Part shown: piece after piece, positions 11,441 through 26,502 of the stretch
How positions within the stretch are numbered: position 1 is the stretch's first letter
Layout of the letters: each line of letters begins with the position of its first letter
DNA from: Macrostomum lignano
Taxonomy: Eukaryota
Assembly: GCA_002269645.1 (NCBI GenBank)
Contig: NIVC01001672.1
Span: 53,162 to 117,161 of the forward strand
DNA length: 64,000 nt
Reading direction: 5' to 3'
The notes under the pieces: generated by a model
Seen by the model: only the letters and a program-made list of their open reading frames with translations
Database searches by the model: none
What the model was told of the DNA's origin: nothing
Position numbers and translations under genes: made by a program

Positions 11441-14400
11441 GCGGCGGCGTCCCTAACAAAGAGACAGCGTCCCCATCACAGAGACGGCGTCCCCAAAACC
11501 AAGAAACACCGTCCAGAACCAAGAGACAGCGTCCCTAGAACTAAGAGACGGCGTCCCCAACCCAGAGACAGCGTCCCCAACAAAACCACAGCGTCTCCAG
11601 AACTAAGATGCAGCGTCCCTATCCAAGAGACAGCGTCCCTAGAACTAAGAGACGGCGTCCCCAACCCAGAGACAGCGTCCCCAACAAAACCACAGCGTCT
11701 CCAGAACTAAGATGCAGCGTCCCTATCCAAGAGACAGCGTCCCTAGAACTAAGAGACGGCGTCCCCAACCAAGAGACAGCGTCCCTATCCAAGAGACAGC
11801 GTCCCGAGAACTTAGAGACGGCGTCCCCAACCAAGAAACAGCGTCCCCAACCAAGAGACAGCGTCACTAGAACTAAGAGACGGCGTCCTTAATTAAGAGA
11901 TAGCGTCCCCAACCAAGAGACAGTGTCCCAAACCCAGAGACAGCGTCCCCAACAAAACGACAGCGTCTTCGGAACTAAGATGCAGCGTCCCTATCCAAGA
12001 GACAGCGTCCCTATCCAAGAGGCAGCGTCCCTAGAACTAAGAGACGGCGTCTCCAACCAAGAGACAGCGTCCCCAACAAAACGACAGCGACTCCGGAACT
12101 TAGATGCAGCGTCCCTATCCAAGAGACAGAGTCCCCAACCAAGAAACAACCAAGAACTAAGATGCAGCGTCCCTATCCAAGAGACAGCGTCCCTAGAACT
12201 AAGAGACGGCGTCCCCAACCAAGAGACAGCGTCCCTAGAACTAAGAGACGGCGTCCCCAACAAAACGACAGCGTCTTCGGAACTAAGATGCAGCGTCCCT
12301 ATCCAAGAGACAGCGTCCCTATCCAAGAGGCAGCGTCCCTAGAACTAAGAGACGGCGTCCCCAACCCAGAGACAGCGTCCCCAACAAAACCACAGCGTCT
12401 CCAGAACTAAGATGCAGCGTCCCTATCCAAGAGACAGCGTCCCTAGAACTAAGAGACGGCGTCCCCAACCAAGAGACAGCGTCTCTAGAACTAAGAGACA
12501 GCGTCCCCATCAAGGACACAGCGTCCCCAACCAAGAGACAGCGTCCCCAACAAAACGACAGCGTCTCCAGAACTAAGATGCAGCGTCCCTATCCAAGAGA
12601 CAACGTCCCAAACCAAAAAAAGCGTCACCAGAACTTAGAGACCGCGTCCCCAACCAAGAGACAGCGTCCCCAACAAAACGACAGCGTCTCCAGAACTAAG
12701 ATGCAGCGTCCCTATCCAAGAGACAGCGTCCCTAGAACTAAGAGACGGCCTCCCTAGAACTAAGAGACGGCGTCCCCAACCAAGAGACAGCGTCCCCATC
12801 AAAGACACAGCGTCCCCAACCAAGAGACAGCGTCCCCAACAAAACGACAGCGTCTCCAGAACTAAGATGCAGCGTCCCTATCCAAGAGACAACGTCCCAA
12901 ACCAAAAAAAGCGTCCCCAGAACTTAGAGACCGCGTCCCCAACCAAGAGACAGCGTCCCCAACAAAACGACAGCGTCTCCAGAACTAAGATGCAGCGTCC
13001 CTATCTAAGAGACAGCGTCCCTAGAACTAAGAGACGGCCTCCCTAGAACAAAGAGACGGCGTCCCCAACCAAGAGACAGCGTCCCCATCAAAGACACAGC
13101 GTCCCCAACCAAGAGACAGCGTCCCTAGAACTAAGAGACGGCGTCCTTAATTAAGAGACAGCGTCCCCAACCAAGAGACAGCGTCCCGAACCCAGAGACA
13201 GCGTCCCAAACAAAACGACAGCGTCTCCGGAACTTAGATGCAGCGTCCCTATCCAAGAGACAGCGTCTCCAACCAAGAGACTGCGTCCCCAACAAAACGA
13301 CAGCGTCTCCGGAACTTAGATGCAGCGTCCCTATCCAAGAGACAGCGTCCCTAGAACTAAGAGACGGCGTCCCTAGAACTAAGAGACAGCGTCCCCATCA
13401 TAGACACAGCGTCCCCAACCAAGAGACAGCGTCCCCAACAAAACGACAGCGTCTCCAGAACTAAGATGCAGCGTCCCTATCTAAGAGACAGCGTCCCTAG
13501 AACTAAGAGACGGCGTCCCCAACAAAACGACAGCGTCTTCGGAACTAAGATGCAGCGTCCCTATCCAAGAGACAGCGTCCCTATCCAAGAGACAGCGTCC
13601 CTAGAACTAAGAGACGGCGTCCCCAACCCAGAGACAGCGTCCCCAACAAAACGACAGCGTCTCCAGAACTAAGATGCAGCGTCCCTATCCAAGAGACAAC
13701 GTCCCAAACCAAAAAAAAGCGTCCCCAGAACTTAGAGACCGCGTCCCCAACCAAGAGACAGCGTCCCCAACAAAACGACAGCGTCTTCAGAACTAAGATG
13801 CAGCGTCCCTATCCAAGAGACAACGTCCCTAGAACTAAGAGACGGCGTCCCCAACCAAGAGACAGCGTCCCTATCCAAGAGACAGCGTCCCGAGAACTTA
13901 GAGACGGCGTCCCCAACCCAGAGATAGCGTCCCCAACAAAACCACAGCGTCTCCAGGACTAAGATGCAGTGTCCCTATCCAACAGACAGCGTCCCTAGAA
14001 CTAAGAGACGGCGTCCCCAACCAAGAGACAGCGTCTTCGGAACTAAGATGCAGCGTCCCTATCCAAGAGACAGCGTCCCTATCCAAGAGACAGCGTCCCT
14101 AGAACTAAGAGACGGCGTCCCCAACCCAGAGACAGCGTCCCCAACAAAACCACAGCGTCTCCAGAACTAAGATGCAGCGTCCCTATCCAAGAGACAACGT
14201 CCCAAACCAAAAAAAGCGTCCCCGGAACTTAGAGACCGCGTCCCCAACCAAGAGACAGCGTCCCCAACAAAACGACAGCGTCTCCAGAACTAAGATGCAG
14301 CGTCCCTATCCAAGAGACAACGTCCCTAGAACTAAGAGACGGCGTCCCCAACCAAGAGACAGCGTCCCTATCCAAGAGAAAGCGTCCGGAGAACTTAGAG

Positions 14401-17400
14401 ACGGCGTCCCCAACCCAGAGACAGCGTCCCCAACAAAACGACAGCGTCTCCAGAACTAAGATGCAGCGTCCCTACCCAAGAGACAGCGTCCCTAGAACTT
14501 AGAGACGGCGTCCCCAACCAAGAGACAGCGTCCCCAACAAAACGACAGCGTCTCCAGAACTAAGATGCGGCGTCCCTATCAAAGAGACAGCGTCCCTAGA
14601 ACTAAGAGACGGCCTCCATAGAACTAAGAGACGGCGTCCCCAACCAAGAGACAGCGTCCCCATCAAAGACACAGCGTCCCCAACCAAGAGACAGCGTCCC
14701 TAGAACTAAGAGACGGCGTCCTTAATTAAGAGACAGCGTCCCCAACCAAGAGACAGTGTCCCGAACCCAGAGACAGCGTCCCCAACAAAACGACAGCGTC
14801 TCCGGAACTCAGATGCAGCGTCCCTATCCAAGAGACAGCGTCCCTAGAACTAAGAGACGGCGTCCCTAGAACTAAGAGACAGCGTCCCCATCAAAGAGAC
14901 AGCGTCCCCAACCAAGAAACAGCGTCCCTAGAACTAAGAGACGGCGTCCCCAACCAAGAGACAGCGTCTCCAGAACTAAGAGACAGCGTCCCCATCAAAG
15001 ACACAGCGCCCCCAACCAAGAGACAGCGTCCCCAACAAAACGACAGCGTCTCCGGAACTTAGATGCAGCGTCCCTATCCAAGAGACAGCGTCCCTAGAAC
15101 TAAGAGACGGCGTCCCTAGAACTAAGAGGCAGCGTCCCCATCAAAGAGACAGCGTCCCCAACCAAGAAACAGCGTCCCTAGAACTAAGAGACGGCGTCCC
15201 CAACCAAGAGACAGCGTCTCCAGAACTAAGAGACAGCGTCCCCATCAAAGACACAGCGTCCCCAACCAAGAGACAGCGTCCCCAACAAAACGACAGCGTC
15301 TCCAGAACTAAGATGCAGCGTCCCTATCCAAGAGACAGCGTCCCTAGAACTAAGAGACGGCCTCCCTAGAACTAAGAGACGGCGTCCCCAACCAAGAGAC
15401 AGCGTCCCCATCAAAGACACAGCGTCCCCAACCAAGAGACAGCGTCCCTAGAACTAAGAGACGGCGTCCTTAATTAAGAAACAGCGTCCCCAACCAAGAG
15501 ACAGTGTCCCGAACCCAGAGACAGCGTCCCCAACAGAACGACAGCGTCTCCGGAACTAAGATGCAGCGTCCCTATCCAAGAGACAGCGTCTCCAACCAAG
15601 AGACAGCGTCCCCAACAAAACGACAGCGTCTCCGGAACTCAGATGCAGCGTCCCTATCCAAGAGACAGCGTCCCTAGAACTAAGAGACCGCGTCCCTAGA
15701 ACTAAGAGACAGCGTCCCCATCAAAGAGACAGCGTCCCCAACCAAGAAACAGCGTTCCTAGAACAAAGAGACGGCGTCCCCAACCAAGAGACAGCGTCTC
15801 TAGAACTAAGAGACGGTTTCCCCCACCAAGAGACAGCGTCCCCATCAAAGACACAGCGTCCCCAACCAAGAGACAGCGCCCCCAACAAAACGACAGCGTC
15901 TCCAGAACTAAGATGCAGCGACCCTATCCAAGAGACAGCGTCCCTAGAACTAAGAGACGGCGTCCCCAACTAAGAGACAGCGTCCCTAGAACTAAGAGAC
16001 GGCGTCCCCAACAAAACGACAGCGTCTTCGGAACTAAGATGCAGCGTCCCTATCCAAGAGACAGCGTCCCTATCCAAGAGACAGCGTCCCTAGAACTAAG
16101 AGACGGCGTCCCCAACACAGAGACAGCGTCCCCAACAAAACCACAGCGTCTCCAGAACTAAGATGCAGCGTCCCTATCCAAGAGACAACGTCCCAAACCA
16201 AAAAAAGCGTCCCCAGAACTTAGAGACCGCGTCCCCAACCAAGAGACAGCGTCCCCAACAAAACGACAGCGTCTCCAGAACTAAGATGCAGCGTCCCTAT
16301 CCAAGAGACAACGTCCCTAGAACTAAGAGACGGCGTCCCCAACCAAGAGACAGCGTCCCTATCCAAGAGAAAGCGTCCGGAGAACTTAGAGACGGCGTCC
16401 CCAACCCAGAGACAGCGTCCCCAACAAAACGACAGCGTCTCCAGAACTAAGATGCAGCGTCCCTACCCAAGAGACAGCGTCCGTAGAACTAAGAGACAGC
16501 GTCCCCAACCAAGAGACAGCGACCCTATCCAAGAGACAGCGTCCCTAGAACTTAGAGACGGCGTCCCCAACCAAGAGACAGCGTCCCCAACAAAACGACA
16601 GCGTCTCCAGAACTAAGCTGCGGCGTCCCTATCAAAGAGACAGCGTCCCTAGAACTAAGAGACGGCCGCCATAGAACTAAGAGACGGCGTCCCCAACCAA
16701 GAGACAGCGTCCCCATCAAAGACACAGCGTCCCCAACCAAGAGACAGCGTCCCTAGAACTAAGAGACGGCGTCCTTAATTAAGAGACAGCGTCCCCAACC
16801 AAGAGACAGTGTCCCGAACCCAGAGACAGCGTCCCCAACAAAACGACAGCGTCTCCGGAACTTAGATGCAGCGTTCCTATCCAAGAGACAGCGTCCCTAG
16901 AACTAAGAGACGGCCTCCCTAGAACTAAGAGACGGCGTCCCCAACCAAGAGACAGCGTCCCCATCAAAGACACAGCGTCCCCAACCAAGAGACAGCGTCC
17001 CTAGAACTAAGAGACGGCGTCCTTAATTAAGAAACAGCGTCCCCAACCAAGAGACAGTGTCCCGAACCCAGAGACAGCGTCCCCAACAGAACGACAGCGT
17101 CTCCGGAACTAAGATGCAGCGTCCCTATCCAAGAGACAGCGTCTCCAACCAAGAGACAGCGTCCCCAACAAAACGACAGCGTCTCCGGAACTCAGATGCA
17201 GCGTCCCTATCCAAGAGACAGCGTCCCTAGAACTAAGAGACCGCGTCCCTAGAACTAAGAGACAGCGTCCCCATCAAAGAGACAGCGTCCCCAACCAAGA
17301 AACAGCGTCCCTAGAACTAAGAGACGGCGTCCCCAACCAAGAGACAGCGTCTCCAGAACTAAGAGACAGCGTCCCCATCAAAGACACAGCGTCCCCAACC

Positions 17401-20400
17401 AAGAGACAGCGTCTCCAACAAAACGACAGCGTCTCCAGAACTAAGATGCAGCGTCCCTATCCAAGAGACAGCGTCCCTAGAACTAAGAGACGGCCTCCCT
17501 AGAACTAAGAGACGGCGTCCCCAACCAAGAGACAGCGTCCCCATCAAAGACACAGCGTCCCCAACCAAGAGACAGCGTCCCTAGAACTAAGAGACGGCGT
17601 CCTTAATTAAGAAACAGCGTTCCCAACCAAGAGACAGTGTCCCGAACCCAGAGACAGCGTCCCCAACAGAACGACAGCGTCTCCGGAACTAAGATGCAGC
17701 GTCCCTATCCAAGAGACAGCGTCTCCAACCAAGAGACAGCGTCCCCAACAAAACGACAGCGTCTCCGGAACTCAGATGCAGCGTCCCTATCCAAGAGACA
17801 GCGTCCCTAGAACTAAGAGACCGCGTCCCTAGAACTAAGAGACAGCGTCCCCATCAAAGAGACAGCGTCCCTAATCAAGAAACAGCGTTCCTAGAACAAA
17901 GAGACGGCGTCCCCAACCAAGAGACAGCGTCTCTAGAACTAAGAGACGGCGTCCCCCACCAAGAGACAGCGTCCCCATCAAAGACACAGCGTCCCCAACC
18001 AAGAGACAGCGCCCCCAACAAAACGACAGCGTCTCCAGAACTAAGATGCAGCGACCCTATCCAAGAGACAGCGTCCCTAGAACTAAGAGACGGCGTCCCC
18101 AACTAAGAGACAGCGTCCCTAGAACTAAGAGACGGCGTCCCCAACAAAACGACAGCGTCTTCGGAACTAAGATGCAGCGTCCCTATCCAAGAGATAGCGT
18201 CCCTATCCAAGAGACAGCGTCCCTAGAACTAAGAGACGGCGTCCCTAACCCAGAGACAGCGTCCCCAACAAAACCACAGCGTCTCCAGAACTAAGATGCA
18301 GCGTCCCTATCCAAGAGACAACGTCCCAAACCAAAAAAAGCGTCCCCAGAACTTAGAGACCGCGTCCCCAACCAAGAGACAGCGTCCCCAACAAAACGAC
18401 AGCGTCTCCAGAACTAAGATGCAGCGTCCCTATCCAAGAGACAACGTCCCTAGAACTAAGAGACGGCGTCCCCAACCAAGAGACAGCGTCCCTATCCAAG
18501 AGAAAGCGTCCGGAGAACTTAGAGACGGCGTCCCCAACCCAGAGACAGCGTCCCCAACAAAACGACAGCGTCTCCAGAACTAAGATGCAGCGTCCCTACC
18601 CAAGAGACAGCGTCCGTAGAACTAAGAGACAGCGTCCCCAACCAAGAGACAGCGACCCTATCCAAGAGACAGCGTCCCTAGAACTTAGAGACGGCGTCCC
18701 CAACCAAGAGACAGCGTCCCCAACAAAACGACAGCGTCTCCAGAACTAAGCTGCGGCGTCCCTATCAAAGAGACAGCGTCCCTAGAACTAAGAGACGGCC
18801 TCCATAGAACTAAGAGACGGCGTCCCCAACCAAGAGACAGCGTCCCCATCAAAGACACAGCGTCCCCAACCAAGAGACAGCGTCCCTAGAACTAAGAGAC
18901 GGCGTCCTTAATTTAGAGACAGCGTCCCCAACCAAGAGACAGTGTCCCGAACCCAGAGACAGCGTCCCCAACAAAACGACAGCGTCTCCGGAACTTAGAT
19001 GCAGCGTTCCTATCCAAGAGACAGCGTCCCTAGAACTAAGAGACGGCGTCCCTAGAACTAAGAGACGGCGTCCCCAACCAAGAGACAGCGTCTCCAGAAC
19101 TAAGAGACAGCGTCCCCATCAAAGACACAGCGCCCCCAACCAAGAGACAGCGTCCCCAACAAAACGACAGCGTCTCCGGAACTTAGATGCAGCGTCCCTA
19201 TCCAAGAGACAGCGTCCCTAGAACTAAGAGACGGCGTCCCTAGAACTAAGAGACAGCGTCCCCATCAAAGAGACAGCGTCCCCAACCAAGAAACAGCGTC
19301 CCTAGAACTAAGAGACGGCGTCCCCAACCAAGAGACAGCGTCTCCAGAACTAAGAGACAGCGTCCCCATCAAAGACACAGCGTCCCCAACCAAGAGACAG
19401 CGTCCCCAACAAAACGACAGCGTCTCCAGAACTAAGATGCAGCGTCCCTATCCAAGAGACAGCGTCCCTAGAACTAAGAGACGGCCTCCCTAGAACTAAG
19501 GGACGGCGTCCCCAACCAAGAGACAGCGTCTCCATCAAAGACACAGCGTCCCCAACCAAGAGACAGCGTCCCTAGAACTAAGAGACGGCGTCCTTAATTA
19601 AGAAACAGCGTCCCCAACCAAGAGACAGTGTCCCGAACCCAGAGACAGCGTCCCCAACAGAACGACAGCGTCTCCGGAACTAAGATGCAGCGTCCCTATC
19701 CAAGAGACAGCGTCTCCAACCAAGAGACAGCGTCCCCAACAAAACGACAGCGTCTCCGGAACTCAGATGCAGCGTCCCTATCCAAGAGACAGCGTCCCTA
19801 GAACTAAGAGACCGCGTCCCTAGAACTAAGAGACAGCGTCCCCATCAAAGAGACAGCGTCCCCAACCAAGAAACAGCGTTCCTAGAACAAAGAGACGGCG
19901 TCCCCAACCAAGAGACAGCGTCTCTAGAACTAAGAGACGGTTTCCCCCACCAAGAGACAGCGTCCCCATCAAAGACACAGCGTCCCCAACTAAGAGACAG
20001 CGCCCCCAACAAAACGACAGCGTCTCCAGAACTAAGATGCAGCGACCCTATCCATGAGACAGCGTCCCTAGAACTAAGAGACGGCGTCCCCAACTAAGAG
20101 ACATCGTCCCTAGAACTAAGAGACGGCGTCCCCAACAAAACGACAGCGTCTTCGGAACTAAGATGCAGCGTCCCTATCCAAGAGACAGCGTCCCTATCCA
20201 AGAGACAGCGTCCCTAGAACTAAGAGACGGCGTCCCCAACCCAGAGACAGCGTCCCCAACAAAACGACAGCGTCTCCAGAACTAAGATGCAGCGTCCCTA
20301 TCCAAGAGACAACGTCCCAAACCAAAAAAAGCGTCCCCAGAACTTAGAGACCGCGTCCCCAACCAAGAGACAGCGTCCCCAACAAAACGACAGCGTCTCC

Positions 20401-23400
20401 AGAACTAAGATGCAGCGTCCCTATCCAAGAGACAACGTCCCTAGAACTAAGAGACGGCGTCCCCAACCAAGAGACAGCGTCCTTATCCAAGAGACAGCGT
20501 CCCGAGAACTAAGAGACGGCGTCCCCAACCAAGAGACAGCGTCCCTATCCAAGAGACAGCGTCCCGAGAACTTAGAGACGGCGTCCCCAACCCAGAGACA
20601 GCGTCCCCAACAAAACCACAGCGTCTCCAGAACTAAGATGCAGCGTCCCTATCCAAGAGACAACGTCCCTAGAACTAAGAGACGGCGTCCCCAACCAAGA
20701 GACAGCGTCCCTATCCAAGAGACAGCGTCCCGAGAACTTAGAGACGGCGTCCCCAACCCAGAGACAGCGTCCCCAACAAAACCACAGCGTCTCCAGAACT
20801 AAGATGCAGTGTCCCTATCCAAAAGACAGCGTCCCTAGAACTAAGAGACGGCGTCCCCAACCAAGAGACAGCGTCTCTAGAACTTAGAGACCGCGTCCCC
20901 AACCAAGAGACAGCGTCCCCAACAAAACGACAGCGTCTCCAGAACTAAGATGCAGCGTCCCTATCCAAGAGACAGCGTCCCTAGAACTAAGAGACGGCCT
21001 CCCTAGAACTAAGAGACGGCGTCTCCAACCAAGAGACAGCGTCCCTATCCAAGAGACAGCGTCCCGAGAACTTAGAGACGGCGTCCCCAACCCAGAGATT
21101 GCGTCCCCAACAAAACCACAGCGTCTCCAGGACTAAGATGCAGTGTCCCTATCCAAGAGACAGCGTCCCAAGAACTAAGAGACGGCGTCCCCAACCAAGA
21201 GACAGCGTCCCTATCCAAGAGACAGCGTCCCTAGAACTAAGAGACAGCGTCCCCAACAAAACGACATCGTCTCCAGAACTAAGATTCAGCGTCCCTATCC
21301 AAGAGACAGCGTCCCTAGAACTAAGAAACGGCCTCCCTAGAACTAAGAGACGGCGTCCCCAACCAAGAGACAGCGTCCCCATCAAAGACACAGCGTCCCC
21401 AACCAAGAGACAGCGTCCCTAGAACTAAGAGACGGCGTCCCCAACCAAGAGACAGCGTCCCTAGAACTAAGAGACGGCGTCCCCAACAAAACGACAGCGT
21501 CTTCGGAACTAAGATGCAGCGTCCCTATCCAAGAGACAGCGTCCCTAGAACTAAGAGACCGCGTCCCTAGAACTAAGAGACAGCGTCCCCATCAAAGAGA
21601 CAGCGTCCCCAACCAAGAAACAGCGTCCCTAGAACTAAGAGACGGCGTCCCCAACCAAGAGACAGCGTCTCTAGAACTAAGAGACGGCGTCCCCCACCAA
21701 GAGACAGCGTCCCCATCAAAGACACAGCGTCCCCAACCAAGAGACAGCGCCCCCAACAAAACGACAGCGTCTCCAGAACTAAGATGCAGCGACCCTATCC
21801 AAGAGACAGCGTCCCTAGAACTAAGAGACGGCGTCCCCAACTAAGAGACAGCGTCCCTAGAACTAAGAGACGGCGTCCCCAACAAAACGACAGCGTCTTC
21901 GGAACTAAGATGCAGCGTCCCTATCCAAGAGACAGCGTCCCTATCCAAGAGACAGCGTCCCTAGAACTAAGAGACGGCGTCCCTAACCAGAGACAGCGTC
22001 CCCAACAAAACCACAGCGTCTCCAGAACTAAGATGCAGCGTCCCTATCCAAGAGACAACGTCCCAAACCAAAAAAAGCGTCCCCAGAACTTAGAGACCGC
22101 GTCCCCAACCAAGAGACAGCGTCCCCAACAAAACGACAGCGTCTCCAGAACTAAGATGCAGCGTCCCTATCCAAGAGACAACGTCCCTAGAACTAAGAGA
22201 CGGCGTCCCCAACCAAGAGACAGCGTCCCTATCCAAGAGAAAGCGTCCGGAGAACTTAGAGACGGCGTCCCCAACCCAGAGACAGCGTCCCCAACAAAAC
22301 GACAGCGTCTCCAGAACTAAGATGCAGCGTCCCTACCCAAGAGACAGCGTCCGTAGAACTAAGAGACAGCGTCCCCAACCAAGAGACAGCGACCCTATCC
22401 AAGAGACAGCGTCCCTAGAACTTAGAGACGGCGTCCCCAACCAAGAGACAGCGTCCCAACAAAACGACAGCGTCTCCAGAACTAAGCTGCGGCGTCCCTA
22501 TCAAAGAGACAGCGTCCCTAGAACTAAGAGACGGCCTCCATAGAACTAAGAGACGGCGTCCCCAACCAAGAGACAGCGTCCCCATCAAAGACACAGCGTC
22601 CCCAACCAAGAGACAGCGTCCCTAGAACTAAGAGACGGCGTCCTTAATTTAGAGACAGCGTCCCCATCAAAGACACAGCGCCCCCAACCAAGAGACAGCG
22701 TCCCCAACAAAACGACAGCGTCTCCGGAACTTAGATGCAGCGTCCCTATCCAAGAGACAGCGTCCCTAGAACTAAGAGACGGCGTCCCTAGAACTAAGAG
22801 ACAGCGTCCCCATCAAAGAGACAGCGTCCCCAACCAAGAAACAGCGTCCTAGAACTAAGAGACGGCGTCCCCAACCAAGAGACAGCGTCTCCAGAACTAA
22901 GAGACAGCGTCCCCATCAAAGACACAGCGTCCCCAACCAAGAGACAGCGTCCCCAACAAAACGACAGCGTCTCCAGAACTAAGATGCAGCGTCCCTATCC
23001 AAGAGACAGCGTCCCTAGAACTAAGAGACGGCCTCCCTAGAACTAAGGGACGGCGTCCCCAACCAAGAGACAGCGTCTCCATCAAAGACACAGCGTCCCC
23101 AACCAAGAGACAGCGTCCCTAGAACTAAGAGACGGCGTCCTTAATTAAGAAACAGCGTCCCCAACCAAGAGACAGTGTCCCGAACCCAGAGACAGCGTCC
23201 CCAACAGAACGACAGCGTCTCCGGAACTAAGATGCAGCGTCCCTATCCAAGAGACAGCGTCTCCAACCAAGAGACAGCGTCCCCAACAAAACGACAGCGT
23301 CTCCGGAACTCAGATGCAGCGTCCCTATCCAAGAGACAGCGTCCCTAGAACTAAGAGACCGCGTCCCTAGAACTAAGAGACAGCGTCCCCATCAAAGAGA

Positions 23401-26400
23401 CAGCGTCCCCAACCAAGAAACAGCGTTCCTAGAACAAAGAGACGGCGTCCCAACCAAGAGACAGCGTCTCTAGAACTAAGAGACGGTTTCCCCCACCAAG
23501 AGACAGCGTCCCCATCAAAGACACAGCGTCCCCAACCAAGAGACAGCGCCCCCAACAAAACGACAGCGTCTCCAGAACTAAGATGCAGCGACCCTATCCA
23601 TGAGACAGCGTCCCTAGAACTAAGAGACGGCGTCCCCAACTAAGAGACATCGTCCCTAGAACTAAGAGACGGCGTCCCCAACAAAACGACAGCGTCTTCG
23701 GAACTAAGATGCAGCGTCCCTATCCAAGAGACAGCGTCCCTATCCAAGAGACAGCGTCCCTAGAACTAAGAGACGGCGTCCCCAACCCAGAGACAGCGTC
23801 CCCAACAAAACGACAGCGTCTCCAGAACTAAGATGCAGCGTCCCTATCCAAGAGACAACGTCCCAAACCAAAAAAAGCGTCCCCAGAACTTAGAGACCGC
23901 GTCCCCAACCAAGAGACAGCGTCCCCAACAAAACGACAGCGTCTCCAGAACTAAGATGCAGCGTCCCTATCCAAGAGACAACGTCCCTAGAACTAAGAGA
24001 CGGCGTCCCCAACCAAGAGACAGCGTCCTTATCCAAGAGACAGCGTCCCGAGAACTAAGAGACGGCGTCCCAACCAAGAGACAGCGTCCCTATCCAAGAG
24101 ACAGCGTCCCGAGAACTTAGAGACGGCGTCCCCAACCCAGAGACAGCGTCCCCAACAAAACCACAGCGTCTCCAGAACTAAGATGCAACGTCCCTATCCA
24201 AGAGACAACGTCCCTAGAACTAAGAGACGGCGTCCCCAACCAAGAGACAGCGTCCCTATCCAAGAGACAGCGTCCCGAGAACTTAGAGACGGCGTCCCCA
24301 ACCCAGAGATTGCGTCCCCAACAAAACCACAGCGTCTCCAGGACTAAGATGCAGTGTCCCTATCCAAGAGACAGCGTCCCAAGAACTAAGAGACGGCGTC
24401 CCCAACCAAGAGACAGCGTCCCTATCCAAGAGACAGCGTCCCTAGAACTAAGAGACAGCGTCCCCAACCAAGAGACAGCGTCTCTAGAACTTAGAGACCG
24501 CGTCCCCAACCAAGAGACAGCGTCCCCAACAAAACGACAGCGTCTCCAGAACTAAGATGCAGCGTCCCTATCCAAGAGACAGCGTCCCTAGAACTAAGAG
24601 ACGGCCTCCCTAGAACTAAGAGACGGCGTCTCCAACCAAGAGACAGCGTCCCTATCCAAGAGACAGCGTCCCGAGAACTTAGAGACGGCGTCCCCAACCC
24701 AGAGATTGCGTCCCCAACAAAACCACAGCGTCTCCAGGACTAAGATGCAGTGTCCCTATCCAAGAGACAGCGTCCCAAGAACTAAGAGACGGCGTCCCCA
24801 ACCAAGAGACAGCGTCCCTATCCAAGAAACAGCGTCCCTAGAACTAAGAGACAGCGTCCCCAACAAAACGACATCGTCTCCAGAACTAAGATTCAGCGTC
24901 CCTATCCAAGAGACAGCGTCCCTAGAACTAAGAAACGGCCTCCCTAGAACTAAGAGACGGCGTCCCCAACCAAGAGACAGCGTCCCCATCAAAGACACAG
25001 CGTCCCCAACCAAGAGACAGCGTCCCTAGAACTAAGAGACGGCGTCCCCAACCAAGAGACAGCGTCCCTAGAACTAAGAGACGGCGTCCCCAACAAAACG
25101 ACAGCGTCTCGGAACTAAGATGCAGCGTCCCTATCCAAGAGACAGCGTCCCTAGAACTAAGAGACCGCGTCCCTAGAACTAAGAGACAGCGTCCCCATCA
25201 AAGAGACAGCGTCCCCAACCAAGAAACAGCGTCCCTAGAACTAAGAGACGGCGTCCCCAACCAAGAGACAGCGTCTCTAGAACTAAGAGACGGCGTCCCC
25301 CACCAAGAGACAGCGTCCCCATCAAAGACACAGCGTCCCCAACCAAGAGACAGCGCCCCCAACAAAACGACAGCGTCTCCAGAACTAAGATGCAGCGACC
25401 CTATCCAAGAGACAGCGTCCCTAGAACTTAGAGACGGCGTCCCCAACCAAGAGACAGCGTCCCTAGAACTAAGAGACGGCGTCCCCAACAAAACGACAGC
25501 GTCTTCGGAACTAAGATGCAGCGTCCCTATCCAAGAGACAGCGTCCCTATCCAAGAGACAGCGTCCCTAGAACTAAGAGACGGCGTCCCCAACCCAGAGA
25601 CAGCGTCCCCAACAAAACGACAGCGTCTCCAGAACTAAGATGCAGCGTCCCTATCCAAGAGACAACGTCCCAAACCAAAAAAAGCGTCCCCAGAACTTAG
25701 AGACCGCGTCCCCAACCAAGAGACAGCGTCCCCAACAAAACGACAGCGTCTCCAGAACTAAGATGCAGCGTCCCTATCCAAGAGACAACGTCCCTAGAAC
25801 TAAGAGACGGCGTCCCCAACCAAGAGACAGCGTCCCCATCAAAGACACAGCGTCCCCAACCAAGAGACAGCGTCCCTAGAACTAAGAGACGGCATCCCCA
25901 ACAAAGTGACACCGTCCCCAGAACCAAGAGACACCGTGTCGAACCAAGCGACAGCGTCTCAAACCAAGAGAGCGCGTCCTTGAAACCAAGAGACAGCGTC
26001 ACGAACAAGGAGACAGCCTTTCCAAAACCAAGAGACAGTGTCCCCCGAAGTAAGAGACGGCGTCCCCAATTAACAGACAGCGTCCACAACCAAGAGACAG
26101 AGTCCTGAACCAAAAGACAGGGTTCCCAACAAAACGACAGCGTCTCCGGAACTAAGATGCAGCGTCCCTATCCAAGAGACAGCGTCCCCGGAACTAAGAT
26201 GCAGCTTACCCAACAAAGAGACAGCGTCCCCAAAAAGCGACATAATCGCAAACCAACAGAGAGCGTCCTTGGAACCAAGAGACAGCGTTTTCAGGACTTA
26301 GCTACAGCGTCTCCGACACAGAGACAGCGTCCCGAACCAAAAGAAAGCGTCCCCAGAACTAAGATATGGCGTCACCAACAAAGAGACAGCGTCCCCATCA

Positions 26401-26430
26401 AAGAGACGGCGTACCGAACAAAGAGTTAAC
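11441..26430 (+). repeat. ~15 kb satellite of ~19-22 bp monomers (core GAGAC(A/G)GCGTCCC) with kb-scale higher-order repeats
   Basis: Continuous array of a few monomer types (CCAAGAGACAGCGTCCCC, TAGAACTAAGAGACGGCGTCCC, AACAAAACGACAGCGTCTCC, AACTAAGATGCAGCGTCCCTAT). Near-identical ORF translations recur at 2133 bp and ~3550-3607 bp offsets. Confidence 0.98.
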
Positions 26431-26502
26431 CACGAGACAGAGTTTCCTAGAGAAAACTTGGTGGAAAACGCTTTTGCCTGGATTGCGAATGCATTCTTTT
26501 GG

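Noticed and set aside
11441-26430. CRISPR-like appearance of regularly spaced short repeats
   Set aside because: No unique spacers, no cas genes, and a eukaryotic context; it is a satellite.
11441-26430. Very dense Type IIS restriction sites (GAGAC, GCGTC, GTCCC, CGTCTC) suggesting synthetic DNA
   Set aside because: A consequence of one monomer motif; the degenerate edges and variant inheritance look natural.
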